From a phage: a stretch of 64,000 bases of DNA. The DNA is taken from sequence record PZ171035.1. One strand, written 5' to 3'. The notes beneath the pieces are model-generated. The model worked only from the letters and a program-made list of their open reading frames with translations. It made no database searches and was not told where the DNA came from. The position numbers were made by a program, and so were the translations under genes. Numbering within the stretch: the first letter of the stretch is position 1; every line of letters begins with the position of its first letter. Shown here one piece after another: positions 9,003-19,524 of the stretch.

Positions 9003-11570
9003 ATGTTAGTTGCAGATACCAATGAAGTAGCTACCTCAGCGACACTGGGTGGCAAAGAAACAATTGCCTTTGGCATCTCTGATGACCCGGCATTCTTCCA
9101 TGTATTAAGTACTTCCCTGTATAACAATCCTACTCTGGCAGTAGTCCGTGAGACTATCTGTAATAGTTGGGATGCTCACATTGAAGCAGGTAAGACTGAT
9201 ACTTCTATTCGTATCACTATTGATACAGACAACTTTATTACCTTCCGTGACTACGGTAATGGAATCCCGGATGAACTCATTGGTTCCATTTATGGTGTCT
9301 ATGGTGCATCTACTAAAAAGTCTAACAGTAGTGTTACCGGTGGCTTTGGTCTGGGATGTAAATCCCCATTCGCTTATACAGATAGCTTCCAGGTTACTTC
9401 GTGGAACCAGGGAAAGATGTCAGTGTATAACGTAGCCAAAGCTGCGATTGAGAATGACGGTAAGCCGGGCATTGTTCCTATTGTTACTGGTATTCCTACT
9501 GAGGAATCTGGTCTGGAAGTTAAATTCCAGTTAGGCAAACATGATTTAAATACCTTTATTCATTACATCACATCAATCGTATTTAACGGTGAGATTAAAG
9601 CCGAGCTTAGTATCCCTAAACTCGTTAAAACGGAAGAAGGTAATAGTATTCAACAAGGTGACTACACCCTACTGAGTACACTAGGTATGTCATTTGAACC
9701 TGGTTCATATGATATGTCTGATAGCTGGTATAAAGGCTATATGGGCAACAGTAACATATTCGTTCGTTACGGTAACGTAATGTACCCAATTGTAACCAGC
9801 CCAGCTAGTGAAGAGGCTGTAGGTCTTATCCTCAATTTTATGAATATCATTGATGCTGACAATTTAGTAGTTCAGGCTGCACCGGATACTCTAGCTATTG
9901 CTCCTAGTCGTGAAACGCTGTCTAACCAGAAGTTAACAGACGACGGTATTACTACTCTATGCGTAGATTTAGTAGACCGTATGGAGAAAGAGATTAAGGC
10001 TAAGATTCCTGAAGCTATTAAGCAGGTTGAAGAATACGCCTCTAAATCCTCTACTTGCTTTTGGACCTATCCGTCTTTCTTGCTTGCTGTTACAGACCCA
10101 ATTGTTCAACGCTATATGTCCTCTAGTTTGTGGGCTAAGCAGCGTAAGCATCACATCAAGCATTGGCGTAATCTATCCAATAAAGCATTGTTAGCTCGTC
10201 CTGAATATGCAGGTCTTAAAAAACTGTATGGTAAGGCTATGCGTGCTCTTAAGGATACTCGTGAAGAAAGTACATACTCCCCATTCCATGAATTAGTATA
10301 TCGCCATCTGCACTTGCCTCAGCTTGCTGCTTTAAAAGCCTCTGGTGTTAAGTGGTCTGGTTACATAATGAACCAAGGTAATTCTGTAGACTTGGTGAAA
10401 GGTAAACTTACAGACTACTTTAAGATGTACCATACCTCACATCAGGGTATCGGCATATTCACTACCAAGAACGTTGTAGTTACTCGACGTTTATCTGATT
10501 GTGCAGACTCTTTCTCATACTTCCCTGAATACAACCGAGGTGACCTGGAGCGTACAGCTTTTGTTCACGTCGTTGGACCTAAAAAGGGGGCAGCAGAGGA
10601 AGCTGTAGCTAAGTTCACTGCCATGGGCTATCGGGTAATTGACCTTACTCAATATAATGAGTGGGACAAACCAACCAACTACCGTAGAGAACAAACTAAG
10701 ATAGCTGCCGAGAAACGTGCTAAGACAATAGCTGCCAATAAAACCAAAGCAGGAGGTAAAACTAATGCACTGGTTTCATTGAATGCAGTTATTGATACTA
10801 CCCGGGTACGGTATAAAAATGGTGATTGGGAACTCAAGCCATATATCCAGAAGGAATTTGCTGACCCAAGTCGCCATGAGAAGTACGGTTTCGTCGAAGT
10901 GGAGCAACCTAAGTACTACGTACTGGCTAATCAGATTAGTTCTGGTAGTCCTGTGACTGCTCGAATTGGAACCATGTGGAAATGGTATGAGTTATCTGAT
11001 GAGATGAAAGCAGAGACTGTTGTCTGCCGTAATCAAATAGAAGCTAACAAGGCCAAACGACGTGGTGCTATCCACATTGATGATGTTCGCTTTATGGAAC
11101 TGATGTCTGTTATTACCAGCAAAGGATTCAAGAAATATGTTACTGAACATCGCATCGGTATTCTGGAATATATAGAACTGGATGACAGAGAATACTGGGA
11201 AATTCTAGACATACTGGGTCTAACATTCAAACCATTACAGAATCTGATTTTTAAACCAGAGTATGAATGGGCATATGACTTTTTACGAAATCGACCACAT
11301 GACAACAAAGAAAAACTTGTTGAAATGGGTTGTATTAAGTCAGTGGATGACTTAGAGCCATATACAATGATGGTTAATCCCCGTAACCATAAGTACTTTA
11401 AAATACTTAATGATTACAAAGGATTATTCAGTTATAGCTGGGATAAGAATGACATTCTACAGACGCTGGACTTAGGTAGTTTGGTCAAACACCTTAAGAA
11501 GAATCCAGAGGATATTCCTGGGTTTAAGTCCCTCTACCGTAATCGTCTAAATAAACTGAAAGGTAACTAA
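9003..11570 (+). CDS. rIIA: rIIA-like protein with N-terminal GHKL (histidine-kinase-like) ATPase domain
   Basis: 855 aa; N-box ETICNSWDAH, G1 RDYGNGIP, G2 TGGFGLGCKS; size and position match the rIIA/rIIB pair of N4-like phages. Confidence 0.5.
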   Translation: MLVADTNEVATSATLGGKETIAFGISDDPAFFHVLSTSLYNNPTLAVVRETICNSWDAHIEAGKTDTSIRITIDTDNFITFRDYGNGIPDELIGSIYGVYGASTKKSNSSVTGGFGLGCKSPFAYTDSFQVTSWNQGKMSVYNVAKAAIENDGKPGIVPIVTGIPTEESGLEVKFQLGKHDLNTFIHYITSIVFNGEIKAELSIPKLVKTEEGNSIQQGDYTLLSTLGMSFEPGSYDMSDSWYKGYMGNSNIFVRYGNVMYPIVTSPASEEAVGLILNFMNIIDADNLVVQAAPDTLAIAPSRETLSNQKLTDDGITTLCVDLVDRMEKEIKAKIPEAIKQVEEYASKSSTCFWTYPSFLLAVTDPIVQRYMSSSLWAKQRKHHIKHWRNLSNKALLARPEYAGLKKLYGKAMRALKDTREESTYSPFHELVYRHLHLPQLAALKASGVKWSGYIMNQGNSVDLVKGKLTDYFKMYHTSHQGIGIFTTKNVVVTRRLSDCADSFSYFPEYNRGDLERTAFVHVVGPKKGAAEEAVAKFTAMGYRVIDLTQYNEWDKPTNYRREQTKIAAEKRAKTIAANKTKAGGKTNALVSLNAVIDTTRVRYKNGDWELKPYIQKEFADPSRHEKYGFVEVEQPKYYVLANQISSGSPVTARIGTMWKWYELSDEMKAETVVCRNQIEANKAKRRGAIHIDDVRFMELMSVITSKGFKKYVTEHRIGILEYIELDDREYWEILDILGLTFKPLQNLIFKPEYEWAYDFLRNRPHDNKEKLVEMGCIKSVDDLEPYTMMVNPRNHKYFKILNDYKGLFSYSWDKNDILQTLDLGSLVKHLKKNPEDIPGFKSLYRNRLNKLKGN

Positions 11571-11574
11571 TCTG

Positions 11575-13626
11575 ATGAAAATCGAACTGATTTCTATCAT
11601 CGCACTGGCAGTTGACAGTCGTAACCTTACACTGTGGAAGCCTGATGGCTCCACAATTGTATATCCACAGAGCGACCCACGGGTTGCTCGTATTGTATCT
11701 GAAGCACAAACCAAAGGTCTGGGAACTACCAAAGATCAAATAGAAGTAAACATTGCACCAGAAGTAAACCTGCGTACTGAATATCTGGAAGCAGAGAAGA
11801 ACACTAACGGATTCGTCCGTTTCTTCAAGGTAGCTAAAGCTAAACTTAAAGAGTTCTTCCAGGATGGCACGGGTACTCAACCTAACCGTATTATTTCTGA
11901 TATTAAGCTAGGCAACCCTACTAAAACATTAGTATCTAAAGCTATGGATACCTTCCTGGCTGTACAGGCTAATGAACCAGAAGTAACTGTAACAGATGGT
12001 TGTTATGACAGACGTGACAACCTGATGTGGGTTACTGGCTGGGACAAAGACCATAACCATCCTGCACTGGTTCGTTTTATCAATGACGTATTGCGTTGTG
12101 GTTATGACCATACCAACCGTACTCTTGCACAAGAATGGCCTATTGCAATTCGTGCGGTATCCGATGATGAAATGGGTGAGTTTGTTAAACAAGCTCAGCA
12201 CATCAAAGGGGTACACGTTGTATTTACCAGTCGTGATGTAACGCCATTTCCTTACATAGAAGTGGCTAAAACTACGAACCAGGATAAGCTGGCTGCTGCT
12301 TCTGAGAAGTTAGCTGCATTGGGTGCTATTAGTACTGATGATGCTAACTTCCACACTGAAGTGAAAGAAGATGAAGTGGTTGTTGCCGTTACCAACAATG
12401 GGGTTATCCCTGGAGTTGAGAACCTGCAGCGTCACCTGCGTCAGTCTGCCAAGCTGAAAGACTACAAGGGCTTTACCAAGTTCCTTGAGCGTCTGGCTCC
12501 AGTTATTAAAGACCGTCTGCACTCAGTGGAAGACCTGATGAAGTTCATGGAAACTGCTGAACTGCCTATCGCTGATGATGGCTCTATTCTATTCCTGAAA
12601 CGCCTTAAGTTCCATGGCACAGAAGATGGAAAACGTGTATTCGTTGACTGTCACTCAGGTAACATCCGTCAGTGGGTAGGCTGTAAAGTACAGGTACGAG
12701 AAGACCTGGTAGACCCTGACCGTCGTCAGGACTGCTCTAATGGTCTACACGTAGCATCCATGAGTTACATTCGTCACTTCGGTGGTAACGTAACTATCCT
12801 TGGTAAAGTAGCACCAGAAGATGTATTTGCTGTTCCTGAGTACAACACTAATAAGATGCGTGTAGCTGCGTATCACATTATTGCTGAACTACCAGAAGAG
12901 GAACGTTGCAACGTTAACAGTGGTATCTACCTGTCTAAGACAGAAGTAGGTAAAAAGTTACTTAATGATGCCATCGTTGGGAACCATAGTTCACCTACCA
13001 CACTTGTTATGGTTGGCGGTCACTATGGTACTAACCTCAAATACACTAATCTCTCATCTGGTTCTGTAGAACAATTCCGTACAGTTGCTAATAAAGAAGC
13101 ACTGAACATGGAAGAGTCACTGAATGAAGCTGTAGCTGCTGAACCAGTAAAAGCTACTGACCTTAAACCTGTTATTAAGAAGGCTCCTACTGTGAAAGAA
13201 CAAATCCAGGAACTGGTTAAAGAGTTCCTCAATGCAACAACACCAGAAGATAAGTTAGCTGCTGCTGATTTACTTGTGGAAATGCGAGGTAAGGCTCGTA
13301 AGCCATGGGCTGCTTTAGGTGTTGGATCCGATGTGGTGGCTAAGATTGCTGATGTACGTACAACTTACACAGCTAAACCTATCGGCAAACCAAAATCAGT
13401 GAAGCAGACTAAGGTTCACCGTTCGGCTACTGCCACTAAGGTAGCACCGTCTGGTAAACACGCTGATAATCTGCGTAGCATCCTGAATGATACGACGTAC
13501 TCCGACTATCAGAAAGGCCATGCTCTGCAAGACTATAAGCGTTATGCTAAGAAGTCATTCACTGCAATGGGTCTGACTGAGGAAGAAGCTAAGTTAGCTA
13601 CCAAGCTGGTCAAGGCTGCTAAGTAA
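11575..13626 (+). CDS. rIIB: rIIB-like protein
   Basis: 683-aa ORF immediately downstream of the rIIA-like gene; assigned by synteny only. Confidence 0.35.
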   Translation: MKIELISIIALAVDSRNLTLWKPDGSTIVYPQSDPRVARIVSEAQTKGLGTTKDQIEVNIAPEVNLRTEYLEAEKNTNGFVRFFKVAKAKLKEFFQDGTGTQPNRIISDIKLGNPTKTLVSKAMDTFLAVQANEPEVTVTDGCYDRRDNLMWVTGWDKDHNHPALVRFINDVLRCGYDHTNRTLAQEWPIAIRAVSDDEMGEFVKQAQHIKGVHVVFTSRDVTPFPYIEVAKTTNQDKLAAASEKLAALGAISTDDANFHTEVKEDEVVVAVTNNGVIPGVENLQRHLRQSAKLKDYKGFTKFLERLAPVIKDRLHSVEDLMKFMETAELPIADDGSILFLKRLKFHGTEDGKRVFVDCHSGNIRQWVGCKVQVREDLVDPDRRQDCSNGLHVASMSYIRHFGGNVTILGKVAPEDVFAVPEYNTNKMRVAAYHIIAELPEEERCNVNSGIYLSKTEVGKKLLNDAIVGNHSSPTTLVMVGGHYGTNLKYTNLSSGSVEQFRTVANKEALNMEESLNEAVAAEPVKATDLKPVIKKAPTVKEQIQELVKEFLNATTPEDKLAAADLLVEMRGKARKPWAALGVGSDVVAKIADVRTTYTAKPIGKPKSVKQTKVHRSATATKVAPSGKHADNLRSILNDTTYSDYQKGHALQDYKRYAKKSFTAMGLTEEEAKLATKLVKAAK

Positions 13627-13641
13627 TAGCCTGTTCAAATG

Positions 13642-13672
13642 CCCTCACTTGTAATAAAGTGAGGGTAAATTT
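13642..13672 (+). terminator. hairpin, weak terminator
   Basis: CCCTCACTT-GTAATA-AAGTGAGGG 9-bp stem followed by TAAATTT. Confidence 0.4.
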
Positions 13673-13688
13673 GAAGAGGAAATGTACT

Positions 13689-14084
13689 ATGAGTAAAGTT
13701 TACAGAGTTAATCGCAAAGCAACTGATGAAGACATCATTCGTATGAATGCTGTTGGTTTGTCCCTCGCAACTATCGCTAAGACGCTGGGGGTTCACCCCA
13801 CTACGGTTACTTTGCGATTGCGTTCTTTAAACATTGAACCAGCCGACACACGTCGGACGTTCATGGAGAGTGTACTCCGTCCATTACCAACCCATGTGGC
13901 AGATTGGCTATCAGAGCAAGTTGGTCCTGCTTATGAGATTCGTTCATATGTAAGGGACTTGATTCTGGAGGCATATAATAATCGCCACCTTAACCAAGAG
14001 AGTGAACATGACAAGTTCATCCGTTTGTACGCTGGCAAATACGGAAGCCTGGTTCCGGAAAGCAGTACCAAATCCAACGAGTAA
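13689..14084 (+). CDS. putative DNA-binding protein (HTH)
   Basis: ATG 13689 with GAGGAA RBS; HTH-like LSLATIAKTLGVHPTTVTLRL. Confidence 0.4.
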   Translation: MSKVYRVNRKATDEDIIRMNAVGLSLATIAKTLGVHPTTVTLRLRSLNIEPADTRRTFMESVLRPLPTHVADWLSEQVGPAYEIRSYVRDLILEAYNNRHLNQESEHDKFIRLYAGKYGSLVPESSTKSNE

Positions 14085-14463
14085 GAACATTAGTACCCAG
14101 ATGGGTTGCCATCTGGAAGAAGTAGAAGAAATGCTTCAAACCATTTACCCAAATGGTAACTACGATGCAGAATTGCTACAACGTGCACAAGATGCTCTTA
14201 CAAATCTGGCTAACCATATGAAACGTAATGACGATGCCTATCGCATTGACGTTAGTACCAACTTGTTGGATTCACTGGCAGACCAGATTGTTACAGCAAC
14301 TGGCGTCGGTACTTTCCTTGGGATGAATGTCCCTGGAGCATTGGCTGAAGTCAATCGCTCAAACTATTCTAAGTTTGAAGATGGTGAACCCGTCTTCAAT
14401 GAGAATATGAAAGTTATGAAAGGGAAAGACTATACTCCCCCAGATTTAACCCCATACATCTAA
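14002..14463 (+). CDS. MazG-like nucleotide pyrophosphohydrolase (putative)
   Basis: EEVEEM...LLDSLADQIV resembles the MazG EExxE/helical pattern; overlaps upstream ORF by 83 nt so the start is uncertain. Confidence 0.35.
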   Translation: MNMTSSSVCTLANTEAWFRKAVPNPTSKNISTQMGCHLEEVEEMLQTIYPNGNYDAELLQRAQDALTNLANHMKRNDDAYRIDVSTNLLDSLADQIVTATGVGTFLGMNVPGALAEVNRSNYSKFEDGEPVFNENMKVMKGKDYTPPDLTPYI

Positions 14464-14485
14464 CCCTCTACGGAGGGGTTTTTTA
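14464..14485 (+). terminator. rho-independent terminator
   Basis: CCCTC-TACG-GAGGG followed by GTTTTTT. Confidence 0.6.
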
Positions 14486-14497
14486 CTGGAGATTTTA

Positions 14498-15808
14498 ATG
14501 TTTTCCAAACCTACCAAAGCCCCACTGAACAAGGGGCAAGAAGCGGTTGCGAAGGAGTTCTTCGACTTCCTGCTCAACCCTAATGCTACCGAATTCAATA
14601 TTAGTGGCCCAGGGGGAACTGGCAAGACATTCCTGATGTCGCACCTCATTGATGACACAATGCCTGCATATATGGAAACTTGCTCCCTTATGGGAACCAA
14701 GCCCCTGTATAACGAAGTTGTTATGACTGCGACCACGAACAAAGCTGCTGAAGTTCTGGCTCAAGCCACAGGTCGTCCAACATCTACCTATCATTCCTTC
14801 CAGGGATTGATTGTTAAGAATGACTTTAAGACAGGTGAGGCTAACGTCGTACCATCTAAATCATTCAATATTAAGAAGAATAAAATCATCTTCGTAGATG
14901 AAGCATCCATGATTGACCGTCAGTTACTTAAGTATGCTCGTGAAGGTACTCACCAGTGCAAACTGGTATTCGTAGGGGATGCTTCTCAGCTTCTGCCTGT
15001 TAAAGAGAATAAATCTCCGGTATATGCAGGTAATATCCCAACACACTATCTGACTGAACAGATGCGTACCGATGCACCGGAACTCAAAGCATTGCACCAG
15101 CAATTGCGTGATACGGTAGAAGGTAAGACGGGCTTCCTGCCTATTAAGTGTATTCCAGGCATCATTGACTGGGTACAAGAGGAGGAGATGGAGAAACTGG
15201 TTCTCAGTCACTTCACTCAACCTACCAACAGCCGTATTGTTGCTTACACAAATGACCGGGTTATTAATTACAATAACTACATTCGTGAAGCTAATGGCTA
15301 TGTAGGTGAATACTCTATTGGTGAACAGCTAGTCTCTAACTCTGCCGTTCGCTTGGGTGTGGATAATCGTCTGTCTATCGAGCAGGACGTAAAGCTCATC
15401 GACCAGGATAACAGTACTCGCATGATTAAGGTTACAGGTGACCTGGAACTGGAAGTTCGTGATAGTACTCTGGACCTTGGTTATGGTGGTATTGTAAGTG
15501 AAGTTCCAGTACCTACTGACCCAGACTACTTCAACCGTTTGGTTAAGTGGCTTGGTAAAGAAAAGAACTGGGAACCTTACTTCCGTCTTAAAGAAACCAT
15601 TCCAGACCTGCGTGCTACTCATGCATGTACTGTCCATAAATCACAAGGCTCTACTTACGACACAATCTTCATTGATGCAAATGACCTCTCAAGCTGTCGC
15701 CAACCTGATATGGTTGCCCGTCTGCTTTACGTCGCTGTGTCTCGTGCCCGTAAGCGAGTAGTGTTCTATGGCAATCTTGCCAGTAAGTATGGTGGTCTAA
15801 CTTTCTAA
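14498..15808 (+). CDS. SF1 DNA helicase (Dda/RecD-like)
   Basis: Walker A GPGGTGKT, Walker B FVDEASMI, C-terminal TVHKSQGSTYD motif. Confidence 0.7.
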   Translation: MFSKPTKAPLNKGQEAVAKEFFDFLLNPNATEFNISGPGGTGKTFLMSHLIDDTMPAYMETCSLMGTKPLYNEVVMTATTNKAAEVLAQATGRPTSTYHSFQGLIVKNDFKTGEANVVPSKSFNIKKNKIIFVDEASMIDRQLLKYAREGTHQCKLVFVGDASQLLPVKENKSPVYAGNIPTHYLTEQMRTDAPELKALHQQLRDTVEGKTGFLPIKCIPGIIDWVQEEEMEKLVLSHFTQPTNSRIVAYTNDRVINYNNYIREANGYVGEYSIGEQLVSNSAVRLGVDNRLSIEQDVKLIDQDNSTRMIKVTGDLELEVRDSTLDLGYGGIVSEVPVPTDPDYFNRLVKWLGKEKNWEPYFRLKETIPDLRATHACTVHKSQGSTYDTIFIDANDLSSCRQPDMVARLLYVAVSRARKRVVFYGNLASKYGGLTF

Positions 15809-15818
15809 GGGAGGATAT

Positions 15819-16349
15819 ATGCCTCAGATTGGTTCAGCGACTATTGGTCAAGTTGCCAATAGCAGTGAGATAGTCAAGCATCTGTTCTTAGCAGAACTGG
15901 TTCGTCTTGATAGTGTGTTAAACGGTATCATTGATAAGAACGACCGTATCAATGGTATTGATGTATCGGCTGGATTCCTTTATCAGGGTGAGTTCTATCA
16001 GCGTTCTAATGCTGCCAGACCTCCAACCTACGGTGAACGATTAACACTTAATCCAGAACTTTGGCCTGCAATGGACAAGTATCTGAAAGCCTCCAGTCGT
16101 TTGATTATGGAAGTACACCTAGTGAACCAGACTGTATATCGCCTGGTTCGTGGTTGTATGTCCTATCAGGATGTACGTGATGCTTTGCCTGAGTGCCTGG
16201 TAGCCCAAGACCAGACTGGTAAGTATAAGGAACTGCCACGTACTCGTGAAGCAGCCTGGACACTTGCTGGTGATCCCATGGCAATAAAACAGTATGAGAA
16301 GATTCTTCCCTCTATTGAGTATTATGCAGCTTCCCATCTGATTTTCTAA
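15819..16349 (+). CDS. hypothetical protein
   Basis: 176-aa ORF with GGGAGG RBS. Confidence 0.45.
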   Translation: MPQIGSATIGQVANSSEIVKHLFLAELVRLDSVLNGIIDKNDRINGIDVSAGFLYQGEFYQRSNAARPPTYGERLTLNPELWPAMDKYLKASSRLIMEVHLVNQTVYRLVRGCMSYQDVRDALPECLVAQDQTGKYKELPRTREAAWTLAGDPMAIKQYEKILPSIEYYAASHLIF

Positions 16350-16358
16350 GGTAAAGCT

Positions 16359-18938
16359 ATGCGTTACATCACCTCTCAAAATACGGGTAAGTATCCTATT
16401 GCTATCCTCGGTCATCAAATCCGAAGGGAGGAGATGATTAAAACCTACCTGCTGCCTAATGACCTAAGCATGGAAGATTTTATCTTCATTGAACTTCATT
16501 CTGCCCCGGGCAAGAAGAAGACTCCTGCAAGGGAGATTAAAGAGTTCATACAGCAGGAACTGCAACAGGTACTGGATGATGCAGAGACTCAGTACATCAT
16601 TTGTACCGATTCTGACTACTTCAAGATACTGACTAAAGAAGCTAAAGCAGAGGCTAACCTCGGCTATGTTTGCGACTCAGTATGGGGTAAGCAGAAGGTT
16701 ATCTATGCACCTAGCTACAGACAGGTCTTTTATGACCCACCTGTAGTGAAATCCAAGATTGCTCAGGGTATGGATGCATTACTTAACCACATACGTGGGC
16801 AGTATGCTGAACCAGGTCATGGAATCATTGAGTTTGAAGCCTACCCAGATACTCCAGAAAAGATTAAAGCCTGGCTAGACCAGTTGCTTGAGATGAATAA
16901 GCCCCTGGCTATAGACATTGAAGCATTCGGTTTAAAGCACTATAACGCCGGTATAGGGACAATTACATTCTGTTGGAGTAAGACACAGGGCATAGCCTTT
17001 AATGTGGACTACGAGCCGATTCCTGGAGCTACTGAAGCACCTTACGGGCGTATCAACAGAAATGATATTGTTCGAAATCTTCTGCGTGAGTTCTTCATTA
17101 AGTACACTCAACGGCAGATGTATCACAACATTAGCTATGACGTGTATGTGCTTATCTATCAGTTATTCATGGATAACCTGATTGATACAAAAGGCTTACT
17201 GCACGGCATGGAAATCATGCTGCGTAATTGGGATTGCACTAAGTTAATCACCTACTTAGCTACTAACAGTTGTGCTGGCAATCACCTTAGTCTGAAAGAC
17301 CAGGCCCAGGAGTATGCTGGTAACTATGCCCAGGATGATATTAAAGACATTCGTCTTATTCCTAATGAGCAACTGTTACGCTACAACCTCATTGATGGTT
17401 TGTGTACGTGGTACACCTACGAGAAGCACTGGGATACTCTCATTGCTGACGACCAACTGGATGTTTACAACAATATCTTTAAACCAGCTTGTGAAGATAT
17501 TATCCAGATGCAGTTAACCGGTATGCCCATGAATATGGATACCGTTAACCAAGTAGCTAAGGAGATGGAAACTGACAGGAACCAGGCTCTGAAAACTATT
17601 CGTGAGTCTAAGCTCATGAAGAACTTCACCCTGATGCTTCGTCAGGAATGGGTAGATGATAAGAATGCTAAGCTCAAGAAGAAGCAAGTAACACTTGCTG
17701 ATTGTGACATAGAGTTTAATCCTAACTCTGGTCCACAACTACAGAAGCTGTTATTTGACTATATTGGCTTACCGGTTCTTGGTCTTACTAAGAGCAAGCA
17801 ACCTGCTACTGACGGTGACACTATTAAAGCACTGCGTACACATACGCAGAGTGAAGATGTTAAGGAACTGCTCAATGCACTTATCGACTATAAGCTCGTG
17901 GATAAGATTATCACTAGCTTTATACCAGCTTTCAGGAATGCCCAACCGGGACCGGATGGCTGGCACTACCTGTTCGGCAACCTCAATCTGGGAGGCACAG
18001 TCTCCGGTAGGCTATCGGCTTCAGAGCCAAATCTACAAACAATTCCATCCGGCTCTAAATATGCCAAGAAGATTAAGAAGTGCTTCGAAGCCCCTCCAGG
18101 CTGGGTATTTTGCGGCTTGGATTTCGCCTCGCTGGAAGACAGAATATCTGCACTGACTACTAAAGACCCTCAGAAGCTTAAGGTATATACCGATGGTTAT
18201 GATGGTCACAGTCTCCGTGCATATGCTTATTTTGGTGAGCAGATGCCAGACATAGAAGACACAGTAGAATCCATTAACTCCATTCAGCATAAGTACAAAT
18301 CATTGCGTAGTGACTCAAAGGCTCCAACCTTCTTGCTTACCTATGGTGGTACGTATATGGGCTTAATGAAAAACTGTGGCTTCTCTGAAGAGAAGGCTAA
18401 AACTACAGAGAAACGTTATCACGACCTCTACGTAGTTAGTGACAGATGGGTTCAGGCTAAGCTGGACGAAGCTGCCAAAACTGGCTATGTTACTGCCGCA
18501 TTCGGATTGAGAGTGCGTACTCCTTTACTGGCTCAGGTATTACGTGGGACATGTAAGACTCCGTATGAAGCAGAAGCAGAAGGCAGAACTGCTGGTAATG
18601 CTTTAGGGCAAAGCTGGTGTCTACTGAATAACCGTGCTGGTTCAGAGTTTATGCGTAAAGTCAGAGCCAGTGAGTTCAGGTTAGATATTCGTCCTAGTAT
18701 TCACATTCATGATGCTCAGTACTTCATGATTCGTGACAACATGGATACCTTACAGTTTACGAACAAGCACTTGGTTGAAGCCGTTAACTGGCAAGATCAT
18801 CCTGATATTGCCCATCCAGAAGTTGGTTTGGGTGGGGAACTATCCTTGTTCTACCCAACGTGGGCTAACGAGATTGAAATTCCAAATCACGCTACCCCAG
18901 AAGAAGTTCATCAAATAATTCAAAAGGCATTCGCATGA
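16359..18938 (+). CDS. family A DNA polymerase with 3'-5' exonuclease domain
   Basis: 859 aa; exo I DIEAFGL; motif B-like RSDSKAPTFLLTYGG; motif C-like IHIHDAQY. Confidence 0.8.
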   Translation: MRYITSQNTGKYPIAILGHQIRREEMIKTYLLPNDLSMEDFIFIELHSAPGKKKTPAREIKEFIQQELQQVLDDAETQYIICTDSDYFKILTKEAKAEANLGYVCDSVWGKQKVIYAPSYRQVFYDPPVVKSKIAQGMDALLNHIRGQYAEPGHGIIEFEAYPDTPEKIKAWLDQLLEMNKPLAIDIEAFGLKHYNAGIGTITFCWSKTQGIAFNVDYEPIPGATEAPYGRINRNDIVRNLLREFFIKYTQRQMYHNISYDVYVLIYQLFMDNLIDTKGLLHGMEIMLRNWDCTKLITYLATNSCAGNHLSLKDQAQEYAGNYAQDDIKDIRLIPNEQLLRYNLIDGLCTWYTYEKHWDTLIADDQLDVYNNIFKPACEDIIQMQLTGMPMNMDTVNQVAKEMETDRNQALKTIRESKLMKNFTLMLRQEWVDDKNAKLKKKQVTLADCDIEFNPNSGPQLQKLLFDYIGLPVLGLTKSKQPATDGDTIKALRTHTQSEDVKELLNALIDYKLVDKIITSFIPAFRNAQPGPDGWHYLFGNLNLGGTVSGRLSASEPNLQTIPSGSKYAKKIKKCFEAPPGWVFCGLDFASLEDRISALTTKDPQKLKVYTDGYDGHSLRAYAYFGEQMPDIEDTVESINSIQHKYKSLRSDSKAPTFLLTYGGTYMGLMKNCGFSEEKAKTTEKRYHDLYVVSDRWVQAKLDEAAKTGYVTAAFGLRVRTPLLAQVLRGTCKTPYEAEAEGRTAGNALGQSWCLLNNRAGSEFMRKVRASEFRLDIRPSIHIHDAQYFMIRDNMDTLQFTNKHLVEAVNWQDHPDIAHPEVGLGGELSLFYPTWANEIEIPNHATPEEVHQIIQKAFA

Positions 18939-19240
18939 CCAAAAGTACTAAAGAAACTGTAGTCAGAAAATATCATTGGATGGTAGCAGCACAGGTAGTA
19001 TTCCAACTTCCTAAAGTGGATGATGGTTCCCTGCTTACCATGAACACAATGCTGCTCACTGATGAACCTTATGTGACCTATAAAGATTTGGCTCGTGCCA
19101 ATCACTCCCTGAAGATTAGTCTGGACCAACGTTTCGATACCTCGGTTGACCTGAAAGACATTGTTTACCTATCTATTAACAACCTGGGTCTAATGTCTGA
19201 ACCAGAGTTCCAGGCAAACATGATTCCCAAGGGGGAATAA
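18935..19240 (+). CDS. hypothetical protein
   Basis: 101-aa ORF, ATGA overlap with polymerase stop. Confidence 0.4.
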   Translation: MTKSTKETVVRKYHWMVAAQVVFQLPKVDDGSLLTMNTMLLTDEPYVTYKDLARANHSLKISLDQRFDTSVDLKDIVYLSINNLGLMSEPEFQANMIPKGE

Positions 19241-19524
19241 TGACTAAGCTCTCCGGTGGCCTTAATAACTACTATGTAGTTTCAATTAAGAATCCCCAAC
19301 GGAAAGAGCAAGAGCCATATCAAGCAGAGTGTGAGGATATTATCCAAGCACTGGGCATGACCTTCGATGAAGGTTGTGCCTTTAAAGCCCTATGGCGAAA
19401 TGCTGCTGCCCGTATGGGTAATGGTAAACCTGGAAACTCTTCAGTGTACGATGCAGAGAAGATTGTGCACTACGCCAATCGCATATTGAAAAAGGCTTAT
19501 AATGAAGATAACCAACAATCATGA
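19240..19524 (+). CDS. hypothetical protein
   Basis: 94-aa ORF. Confidence 0.4.
   Translation: MTKLSGGLNNYYVVSIKNPQRKEQEPYQAECEDIIQALGMTFDEGCAFKALWRNAAARMGNGKPGNSSVYDAEKIVHYANRILKKAYNEDNQQS

Noticed and set aside
9148-9435. 95-aa + strand ORF in an alternative frame inside the rIIA-like gene
   Set aside because: Fully nested in a well-supported longer ORF with recognisable ATPase motifs; hydrophobic low-complexity product; likely shadow ORF.
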